A stretch of DNA of 64,000 nt from assembly GCA_965153285.1 (NCBI GenBank), contig OZ229115.1; one strand, written 5' to 3'. Made by a program: the position numbers and the translations under genes. This stretch comes from Podarcis tiliguerta. Lineage: Eukaryota. The notes beneath the pieces were generated by a model. That model ran no database searches. It worked only from the letters and a program-made list of their open reading frames with translations, and had not been told where the DNA came from. Below are positions 13,501-25,500 of this stretch, piece by piece (the stretch's first letter is position 1; every line of letters begins with the position of its first letter).

Positions 13501-16500
13501 AAAAGGGTATCAGTTGTTAATTAGCCAAAGGCCAAATGTAGTTTATTGGGAATTGTTTACCATGGCATAACTCTAATCGATTGGCAATAAATAGAAAATG
13601 AAAAGTAATGCAATATATTTTAAGATCAGAGAAATTAAATAACAAATCATTTATTAGTGTATCTAGCTGCAGCTCAGCAAGTAGTTTTCTACCGCTTGAC
13701 AGATTTGAGTAATTTCATGCACAGTTGAACTTTTAAAAAGCAGAGAAGTACAATTATGAATTCTATTTCTCATTTAGTATAACTTCTTTATTTTACATGA
13801 TCTTGCACAGTGGAAACTGCAAATATTTCTGTCCAGAATGATGACCTTGATATTTCCTGTTGAAATAAAAATCAGTATTGGGATTTAATACTCTTGCAGA
13901 AGATTTTGTACTCTGGCATTTTACCATCAATATGTTGTTGCCAATATATTAATAAGCAGTGTGAACAAAAAGAATTAAAAACTCCTGAAATTTATGATAG
14001 ATTGTAATTGATCCTATGTCGTATGGATGTGGAACCAGTGGCATAGCTTGCTTTCTAGTTAAATGTGTGTTGGGAAAAGGTTTACCTGTTGATCATTTAT
14101 TATGATTGTTGGGTGCTATCCACGTAAATAGATCCATTACTGCAAGGACTTTTGGCTATGCAAAGGAACTTCTCTCCCTCTCCTTGTGCACCCCTATGTC
14201 TTCCAAAATCTGGAGCAGATTTCAAGAGGACGTCGAGAGTGCTCAGAGAGAGGAGAGGGAGAGAAAGTTTGTTGCACAAGCAGAAATCCTTGCCGATAGC
14301 AAATCTATTTTGTTGGATATTATTTATATTATTATTTATGTAACAATAAAAAGGTAGCAACTCTGAGTGCTGTAAAGTTGTAGCCGAATGCACATACCAC
14401 TTTTGCCAGGTTATTTGGATTTAGGATTATTTTTAAATACAGTAATTTTAGCAAGATTAAAGCCAGTTTCTTAAACATTTAATGAGAATTGACTATCTTT
14501 GTGCACATTAAACTGACTAAAAATGAGTTTGCAAGAAATTGGACATCACTAAAAGAGATTTTGATGATTAATGCAATGTAGGGCCACTAATTTAACACTT
14601 AGGAAAGGGATGGTGAACCTACAGGCTACCAGGATCTCTGTACATTCCCTGGCATTCACACGCCTTCATTTAGGCACCACCTGACCTTCTTCAAGCCCTC
14701 TATTTAAGACTCTCATTATAACAGCAGCCAAAGCATAACAAAGTGCCCCTTTGCAGTATTTCTGTGATATTTGGCAACACTTTGGAGGTGTTCTGCTCAC
14801 CTTTCTGCTGCTGCTATAAAGAAGCAGCACTGCATGTCTAAAGCAGATAATCTGAATGGTAAGGATTCAAATGTCGGCAAGCTGAAGAAGTGACAGTGTT
14901 GTGTTCCGTTCTGCCTATTTCCATGAGCAGATTTAAATGACAATGGAAAGGTGAATATTGTTTGTTTCTTGGGGTGCATGTGTTAAAGTGAAGGATAGGT
15001 GAGAATAACTGGTGTGTGTGGTGGCAGTAGTGGGAGGGATGTGCTGAAACGGTACAGAAAGGAAACATTTTTCTTTTCCCTACTGGCAGTGGGGTAACCC
15101 CCCACAGTTGATCTAGCCTGAAAAAATAAGAGCTATGCCAACCACTTTTTGGTCCAGCCCCACCCATTGCTGAAATGGATCTCCTGACAGCTTTTCACCA
15201 AGATAGTGTAGTTCTTCCTGGTGTAGGAAGGAGAAACTGAAATTTGAATGAGAAGGGCACCTAACTACAAAAACAAAGAAAAAGAACCACAAGCAAGAAG
15301 TGTAAAACCTTTTACAGTGCAGATGGCAAGGTTCCCTTCAAGGAATCATGAAGGTTTAGCACTTGCATAGATGAATCACTTGGATAATATTACAGAAATT
15401 ATGTAATTGCAATTTTATACTGCAGTGTTTGACATTTTCTCAGAATAATTTTAAGGTCATATTAGCTTTGTCTTTAGTCAATTATGAAGAAAACCACCTT
15501 GTCTCTATTTCCGTAGCATGTTCTCTCAGCTTCTACTTTATGCACCATTATGACAATATTATGTTAATAGAGAAGGACATTCATTCTGGATTCTTGGTTT
15601 CTGCTCCTGAAATTCATACTTCCTGGCTACAGTCATTTAATCTTTTTATATTTAGGTTTTTCCATTTGTAAGAACAGATATTATTTCAGAGAGTGAGCAG
15701 ACATGCATAGGGAAAAGTAGTTATTTGGGTAATTTGCTCCAATACACTTAGGCTTTTAAAGGGAACCAGCATTTTGAATTGTGTTCAGAAATGGGCTGAT
15801 GGCCTGCGCAGGTGGTACTGCAAGTGGGTGACCTGATCCTGACATTTAGCAAGAGTCGGGAGCTTTAGCGGCAGAATCCTGTTTTTGAATAGTCTTTGAG
15901 GGCAATGGCAGCCCGATGTACAGCACAGTACTGTAACTCTGTTCAGACGTAACAAGTATATGTGTGACTTCTGTCAGGTCAGCTACCCCAAACACAAGCT
16001 CAAATCATGATCACTGGTTAGGTGTTTTTGACAATGTTGTGTAATTGTTTAAAAAACAAAAACAAAACAGAATGAGTTTCACATGTGTTATACAAAATAG
16101 TTTCCTGTGTGAGTTTAATTAAAACTAGACATGCATTAATAAAGATAGAGCATGAGTTCAGAAAAAAGGGTGAAAATTAAGGAGGACGTCAACTCTATAC
16201 CAACTCAATGGTATTTCCAAGTGGACTTGTATAGGATAGTCCTGTTATAGACAGAATGAAATGGTATGGCTATGAGAATATGCAAGTGAACCTGTTTACT
16301 ATGTTATTGATACTCATTGTGGGCAAGTGAAAAAGATAAGGGTCTCAAATAAAATGTAGACACTTCCTGTAGGCGATGGGACAAGCGGAGGAAAATATGC
16401 CTAACGTGTTTTCACACATTAGACTTGTCTAATAGTAGAATCCCTGTTCTTGTAATGTTTGTATTTAGAACTTATTTGCTTAATATTTCTTTATGATGAA

Positions 16501-19500
16501 ATCTGATATTTAAAGCATTAGGAAGATTTTAAGTTTTCCTTGGGCATCCCTTTCAGTTTAGATAATAGATTTCACCATGTAAGGGTTCATTCTTAAGGAA
16601 GATTAGCCACATGTTAATCACATAGTGGTGAAGTCACAAAATCAAACATTATATATAAGGGTCTGGGCTAAAAACTAAGATTTTACTTTAGTGCTCTAGG
16701 TTACTTTCCTTCATGATATTATACAATATTTGGAAGAATATTTTCACTAAGTTGAGGTATTCAGAAAGCATTTCCCTTCAAGGAATACTATTTTTCTCCT
16801 TTCTTTGCCCTTGAACTTGGGCCTAAATGACTTTAATCAAGCAGGAGACACCAAAATATATTTTCATCACTCTCCAAATTAATTTTAAGTTGATTAAGTA
16901 AGAAGTGCAGAAAATTTAATTTCAAATTATTTCCTAATGTTATAAGTTAGTGCTCTCTTAAGTGCCATAAGCCATTTGGTAGTTTTAGACACCTCTTCTA
17001 CTCCAGCAGTTCCATCTTTTGGGCATTGAAATTGATTTTTCTCATCTTAGCATTTGAAGATCCAGAGTGTGCCCCTTGCCCCATCGCCTGGGAGAGTACA
17101 ATGGCACCAACAGCAGAGGATGTGAAGGCAGCAGCTTTTCGAGCACCTGAAATGGCAGCATCAGGAGCATCAGCACGAATAGACTGTGTTGAGGTAGTTC
17201 TCCCACACTATACTATGAAACCAAAACAGTTTGGGGATACTACATGCTGATGAAGGCTGCCTTTTACTATATTGACCTTTATGCAAATGTTTGCTGTGTT
17301 TTAGAATATTCAGATTTTCTTTGCATGGTCATGAGAAGAGAATCTGCCCATGCTTGAACTTCTGCTTAGACATACACTGGGCCATTTCCCAGGAATTTTA
17401 TCAATTCACAGCCATACATTTTGAAGATCAATATTACCAATTTGTAATGTAGCCGATGCAGCCACTGAAATAATAGTAGTATAATCATTAACAGAACCAA
17501 CAAATTTAAAGTTGTGTTAGTTTAAATGTAGGAAAACTATAGGTAAGATGTTAAGTTTCTATTAAAGCCTTTAGTCCTGTCACTTAAAATTGCTTCTGAA
17601 AATACTTCTTTTCTCATAGCCAATTAATAACAATCATTAATGACAGAATATCAGAAGGTCTTCTGCTAATGCTTACTTCCAAGTCAGGCACAGGCATGTG
17701 TCTGAAAGGACACTTCAGACATTCCGGGGAAGAAGCATGAGTGATTTGCGCTGTTTAATCAAATGTTTCCAGTCTTATTTGAAGGAAACATAAATGCATA
17801 TCCTGTTTGCCATAGGGCTGGTGGGGAAATGCATTGTGCCTCTGAATCAGGAGAAGGTACATCTCCCTCAGGGAATATATGCATCTCCTTTCAGTAAGAC
17901 ATGGAAGATGGAGAAAAGAAGCCAAAGTCACTCAATTTTATTCTCGACACTATTCTAGACTGTCTAAAATAGCTCTGATTTGTACAGAGACAGCGGGATA
18001 AGTCCTTTTGATGTTGTTTTCCAACACAGGAGTGACTTTTAGATGTTTTTCTATATCTCTAAAGTAACTAATGATTTAAGTACGTTGTTGATGTTTGGAT
18101 GATCTGTACAGAAACTGCACTATTTTTATAAAATTTTAAATAGGCTCTATTTTTTAGTTTGTATTAGTCATAATGTCTTGCTAGAAATTTCTATATAGTA
18201 TTGCAACAGAGATATGATTCATTAGTTATGTGCATCTGTAGATGTGTTCACATGTATGTTTTTGTTTTTTTTACTGATTGGTGTATACTTTCATTGGCAC
18301 CATTTGAAGTGTGAGTTCCAATATTGAGAATGTTAGATGTGTATGTGAATATAAAGTGTAGCAGCTTTTATATTTAAAGGCAGGAATGGAGTTCATATAG
18401 CTATTGCAGTGGGTGCATGTCATTAACATAGAGAACTGTAAGCTGGTTATATGTCAAATGATATGAACAACTTTTATTTTTAAAAATTGTAGAATTCCCA
18501 GTAACAAATGGACCCATGTTAAAAAAAATCACAAATAGAAATGACAAGCTAAATCAGGTTTGAACTATCTGCACAATAACGAAATGGTACTAGTCAAAAC
18601 TGAAATGTGAACAGCATTTCAGATGTCTTCTAAGGGACCTTTTCCGCCCTCCTGCATCCCTGCACAATTGCCTTTCTATGTTGGGAAGCGTATCAGAAAT
18701 GGGATATGACATATTTTCTTCAACTATGCTTCCAGTCCATTACCAAAGAGAAAGTCCCTGCTCTCAAGAAGGGACTTCAGTTTTATGACATTTCCCCCCA
18801 GATAGACACTAACTGCAATATATTCTTGGAATATACAGTCCTTGCCCCTGGCTAAATAGGCTATTGTGATTTGAGGTGCCTCTCCAGAGAATGGTTATAC
18901 CTGAGAATTAAATGTACGTACTAAAATGATAAAGTGTGAACACAGCAAATGGATGCTTAAAATATCTGCGTCATTCAGGTGCACTAAACCAGAGAGCCAA
19001 GATTCTATGCAATTTCCTCAGCAGGATTCAGCTAACATGTCTCTCTAGTAAAAGCAAGTATAAGGGTGCCTGCTAGCACACTGGGGCTTCCTCCCTATTG
19101 CACACCCTTTCCTTGAAATTTGCTGGAGACGGAGGCCAGGAGAATCCCAGAACAGCACACAGGGGAGAAGATTGTTCAATCCAGCAAGTTGAAAAGCTTG
19201 AGCTGATGGGATGATTGCCATAGTGCTACATTGAATTCCTCCCCCTGTCAAGTATAAACTAATTGGCAAGCCAATGTCTGATCTTGTGTAATTTGTTTAG
19301 AGGCCGTCACATGGGAGATGAAACTGATGAGCTTCAAGGTGAAATGTGAAGAAGCTCCTTGTCGGTTTTACCTTTAGCAATTGTTCTATTGCATACATCT
19401 TCATCAAAAATAATAATTTTGATAGCACTTTATTCTGGTGTTGGATCAAACTGCAAATCAAATATGTCATTTGTAGTGTACCATTAAAGTGAGACTATTT

Positions 19501-22500
19501 TCACTAATTTAAAGAATGCCTAGTATACAACTTTGTAATATGTTTATTTTTCCATATGGATATTTTGATGCTTGTAACATCTTATACTAATGAGTACATA
19601 GGATCTACTGACTTAAATAGCTCAAAATTAATATATAATGCATATATAAGGATTCAAAAAATATTCTGTTGCAGACTCTGTTGTATTTTTATTGAATTCT
19701 GCTGTGATTATTGTGTTTTGGAAAACCAGTAAGTTTCTAACAATGGATCACTCTTTCATATGTGTGATATTCCAGGGGGGAAATGTGTTCCAATCATTGA
19801 ATTGTGGGAAGCAATCTGCTTTCTCTGTGACCTCCTTTTAAATTTATTATAATTATAAGTTTCTCTTAGTATCTGTGCAGTCACACATATATGGGATCCT
19901 CACTTCCAAATACATCATTTTTAAAAAATCTAGAACTAGACATGCCATCACCCACACCACTCCTCTCAAGGGCATTCTCAAGGGTATGTGGCTCCTGCCT
20001 TCCCAATCATTTTCTTTTCTACAGGTAGCGCTGCAACATAATGAAAATATTTCTCCTGGCTATTTCTTCATCCTCACATGGCAAAATAAATATATGTTTG
20101 CCAATAATTCTTTCTTCTCTTCTTGTGATTTTATTTTGTATTTATTCTCTTTTTACATTGTGTGTTTTAATTTGGTTTGGTTTACTCATATGTCTTGTGG
20201 CATCTCTCTCAACATTTTTGCTGAATGGCTCTTTTCCTGCAAAGTTGCCCCATAAAGTGGTCCTTGGGCTGAAGAAGGTTCCCCAGCTCTGCTTTATCAG
20301 GTCTAAGAAAAGGATTGAGAATTCCTCTTCAAGTATCCTTCACCTAACTTGGTCATTGGTGAAACTTACATATTACATCTCACACTGCACATACAGATAA
20401 TGGAGGTAGGAGACAGGTTATCATAGACAGTAAATTGTGTTCCATAGTGGCACTGTCATTGTGCATTGCCAGCTACATGGTGTGCATATCTCAATATCAA
20501 CATTTTTTGTGGGACAAGGCATCCTCCTTTTCCGGAAGTGAACACATCTCAGTTTTGTAACAGGAAGCAAACAGCAAATCCACATTCCTGACTGTATGTC
20601 AGAAACATTGACAAAAGCATCCGTGGACATGCTTATGCGCACTCCTCTGGTCTGAGATAGGATACTAGAACTATGGTTCAAAACCTACCAGGGCTTAGGC
20701 CTTGGATAGAGGACGAAAACTCTGCAATACAGCTTGCGATATGGATTTGACAACACAACAGTATACAAGATTTGCTTTGGTCAAGGTTTGCTTTGGCACA
20801 GGACCTCTTCCAGTCATCCTACCTCCCTAGCTACAGAGGCTTCCCAGCAGACCTCTTTGTACTCTGTGAAGGAAAGCTTCTTAGTTGGGAAGTCATTCAA
20901 GTGACATAAAACATCAGACTCTTCCAAATATCAGCTTTGACTTTCTCTTCATCATTTTTCAGGACATCTACCTGCCAGTGTTTAGCAAGTAGCTAAGGGT
21001 GTTTTTTTGGTTGTGTGGTCTTCCCTCATTACTGACCAGTGGCTGCTTGCACTAGTGTTTGACTTTCTTCCTCAAGACAGAGTCTTTCACTTTTCCCCCA
21101 CCTCTCCTCCTTTAGAGGTATTGGTACTCATCTAAATGGCAGCAGTGGAACAAGTACCCAGACATCAAAGATTGTACTAAATGTTCTTAGGGGAGATGGG
21201 GAATCTCTGTCTGAAATTTCAAAGAGATAGGTACATTCATTTGACATTCCTTCCTTGCATTCATTGATCCATTGCATCCCCTGAAACGTGTGCAGAGGAG
21301 GGTGATTAAGAAGATGAAGGGTCTGGAAACCAAGCCTTCTGAGGAGCAGTTGAAGGAGCTGGGTATGTTTAGCCCATGGATAAGAGAATTCTGAGAGATA
21401 TGATAGCCATCTTAAAATATTTGAAGGGCTGTTACATGGAAGATGGAGCAAGCTTGACCACTCCAACTTCAGACCAATTGGCCAACTATCTTGCCACAAT
21501 GCTGAGTCTTCTTGACGTCTTGGAACTCTGTGTAAATGTGGGGAAATCCTGTTTGGTATTAATGCACTGGCCTGAATTCATCCGAGCACTTTGCATCAAC
21601 ATACATTCTTATCTTTAGCATGGACGAGAAAGAATATTCTTATGTTTTCAACTATGGCTGACCATAGTACTGAACAGCTTGCAGTCCAAATTCAGTTTTT
21701 CAGTTATTTTGCTTCAACTCAGGGCTAGCCCATTTGCATTGAGCTTCTTACTACTTTTGATTATGGCACTTCATATTTAAGCTTCCTTTCCTGGTTACTA
21801 TTGCTTCAGCTCAAAGGGTTACTACATCAGCTTTCTATGTTCATCTGGTACTACAGACTTGATGTTTGATCCAGAATGGATGCTCCTCTGGTAGGGCTGT
21901 GCTGAACCCAGAGCTTTCTAGGCAGCTCCCCAGCCTTTGGTAAGTTTGCTATTCATATAGCCTGCTCTTGCTCACTTTTTTTGTATAGCCGCTGCGCGCA
22001 ATCCATTAGGAATTGAGCAGGAAAGTGGGGGCCATGCCCTTTTGAGTGTGCACACACTGGGATAAGCAGCCTGCCAATACACGAACCAAGTTCAAGAAAT
22101 CTGAAAAACAAGCCTGCACAGTCACAAAACCTATATGTCTCTGCACAGATCACTCATTGAAGAGCTACAGTTACAGATAAGCAAACTTTCTGAGTACCTC
22201 CTGGCTGTGTGTGTGCTTGTGTGTTAATGTCAATTTTTAACAAACTCTTTGCCTCCTAATATCCTTCTCTACCTGATGTGGGATTGTTCTTCTTGAGTTG
22301 AAATCAAGATACATTACATCTCCCTGATCCACTGAGTTTGAAACTCTTTCAAAAATGGAAATAAGATTAGGCTGGCATGACTTGTTTTTGAGAAAGATGT
22401 GCTAGTTCTTAGTAATCACAGCATCCTTTTTTGAGTGTACACCTTTCCTTGCATCAGTGTCAAGCTGACTAGTTGGTAGTTGCCTGGGTTTCCCCCTTTT

Positions 22501-25500
22501 TAAAGTTGGGGACCACATTTGCCTGCCTCCCATCCCCAGGGACCTCACCTATTCTCAAAGAATTCTCAAAGATTATAGACAGAGGCTCTGATATTACACC
22601 TGCAAGTTCCTTTAGTATCCCCAGATGTATTTCATCAGACCCCGGAGATTTGAATTCATTTAAAGTAGCTAGGTGTTCCTTACTGCCTCTTCTCTTTTCT
22701 TGGGCTGAAGCTCCCTCTCTGCATGATTTATTAGATTATCACCAGGTTGGGCACTGTTTTCTTGTTATTTTCACGCTTTGTCATCACTACTGCTACCAAC
22801 ATCTCACCATTCAACAATATGTTATTTCTTCTCTACACATATGTATGAGAGAAACTTACTTACTTTCAGCAACTTCCACCTTGCTTTCTGCCTTCAGCAG
22901 AAGCCAGCTGTCATACTATCCCCACTCCTGTGAACTATCCCCACTCCTGTGCAACCGTGATCATCTTCCCATGAAGTCTTGCGATCCCTGAATCCATACA
23001 TATGCATGCTCATTACTGCCTCTTCTATGGCACTGATTCTATATCCCATTTCAAAGAGCAAGACCAGCATTTGGTTGCATTAGTATAGTGGTAGTTATTA
23101 CTTAGATGCATGCCTTATGTAAGGCTGTTCCATAGTGTTCCTCAATTTCTATAACATAAAAATGCTTAGAAGGTTCGAAAGGTTGTAAGTCGAGGAGAAA
23201 GCAGTTACCAAACCATTTTGCAATAATAAATGACAAATGGAGTATAAACCCCAGATTAATTATTTAAGGCAAAGAAATGCCTAGCTCAAGCCATGCTACC
23301 ATTGAATTTAAGTCTCAACTTGACAGCAACACACAAGGCTTTCAAAATAATGAAACGAAATGGCAGAAGTAGAAAGAGAAATAGCACTCATATAACAAAT
23401 TTCAGTTGATATATTGCAGGCACAAATCCAAAATTGTTAATAATGAAGCATCTTATTTCAGGTTTTATTCATTCTGTAGGTTATAACAGAGGAAGCTGAC
23501 AAGATACTTGGAGAAATTTGACTGACAGTTTGCTTGTTACGTGCCTGCCCCTCATGCTTAGTTAAGGCTAGCCATAAGAATCTTGTTGGTCTGTTTTTAG
23601 CTGTGGTAATTGCCTCAGAGAAGGAACTTAACATTTAAGGAGCAGAACTTTTTTTATTTTTCTAAGCTTTCGAAGAAATAAAAAATATTGTTCTGCACTG
23701 TCCCTTGAACAATGGAAAGTTCAAGACTCTTTTTTACAGCATCAGTTTCCTTTTTGAAGAAGGTACCCAAGAGGCATATGATATTTTTGTTTTCTGTTTG
23801 TTATTTACAAGTATGGGCAGATTATACATTACTCTGGAAATGAACTTGGGCAAGCAGAACTGGATTCATTAAATGTATCAGTCTTATATAAAAAACAGTA
23901 CCCTTGAAACTCAAAAATATTCCCCCCCCCCACCTCAAGCCAGTCATTGTCTGTTAATTAGTATCCGTTGTTAATGATGAAACTACTACTAAACAAAAGA
24001 CAGTATGGCTCACAAATTCCTTCATGATTTATTTTTAGTATTCACAAAGGGGGAAGTATTAAGGCTGCAACATTATTTGTGTCTCTTATTTGTACTATTT
24101 ATAAATACTGAATAATTTGCAAAATATGTTTTCAAAATATAATGACTATATAAGTTGAGTACAGAGGGATCAACGTGATATCATAGCTAACAATAGATTT
24201 TTCAACTCATTAAGGATGAAACTAAATTTGGGGGCAACCCATAAATGCAATGTTCCAAAAGAAAAGAAAAGAAAAGCTAATCCTGTGAAAATGTATTTTA
24301 TAAGGTGTAGCTTATTCCTTTAAGGGAGGCATACATCTACAATGCTTGGTTAATAAGAATTATAAACAAACTGAGATTACTCAGTCAAACCCAATTAGTA
24401 AATTTTTAGATGGTTGCTTACAGACAAGCATTTGTTGTGGGATTGTTATCACTCATACATGCAAATTTTTCACAGTACCCATATGAAACTTGCTACTAGC
24501 TTTCTGTTGTTTTTATGCTTTTATTTTCTGTGCAGTGTGCATTACATTGCTTATAAACTTTGGGTATTTTAATGCTAGGTACTTGGGTTTAACTGGCTTA
24601 TCATTGTTATCTTTAATGAATGCCTAATGTCTGATTTGTTGTTGTTGTTTTTCATCTTACCTGACAGTTGATTGACTGGCTGGGTCAAAGCAATATGTGA
24701 AATTGTGCCTCCCTGCCTCTTTACTCCAAATCGCACAGTGCCAGGTCACTGAAGGGTGGTGACAAAGATAACTTTCACTTGGCAGAATTCTTTTTATAAG
24801 AATGCCAGGCTGGATCAGACCAAAGGCCCATCTAGTCCAGCATTCCTATTTTCACATAGGCCATATAAGATGAGAAACTTGCAAAGAGAGCCTGAGTACA
24901 ACATCATTCTCCACTCTTAGGATTTCCACCAAGTAGTAATAGAACATGGCCTTTATTGGACTCTTAAATAAAAGCTAATATACTGTTCATTTGAGAAACT
25001 TACTCCATTTGCAGATGTTTTGCAACATGCAATCTGATCCAGCATTTCCTTGTAAGTGCTGGAGCTAGATTGTGCATATGAACCCTCCTATCCACAAGGG
25101 CTTTCCATCTTCAGAACTGAATCTTCCATTTAAATAAATTGGGACCATCCTGTATGCCTTGGAATGCTAATCAGGCTCCTAACTGTAACTATGGAGACTT
25201 CTTGCTTACGTTATGTAAGTAAGCTGATAATTATGCAATTTTTAGAAGACGTCTGAAGACAGCCCTCTATAAGTTTTTAATGTTTGATGTTTCATTGTGT
25301 TCTTATATCTGTTGGAAGCCGCCAAAGTGGCTAGAACAGTCACATGGGTGGGGAACAAATAAGAACATTAAAACTGATTAAAATCAGCTTTAGGGGGATT
25401 CATTTATCACAGTTTATTGTAGACGTTGCTGTTCATATATTGAAATAAAAATGAATTTCTTCATTAATTATAAACAATGTGACAAAAATGTTTGTTGTCC

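Noticed and set aside
20000-20030. Pyrimidine tract plus CAG|GTAGCG as a recursive splice site in the 24-kb intron
   Set aside because: The reconstituted donor is weak and lies inside the DIRS relic.
22473-22991. 172-aa plus-strand ORF
   Set aside because: Antisense shadow of the minus-strand CR1 RT fragment.
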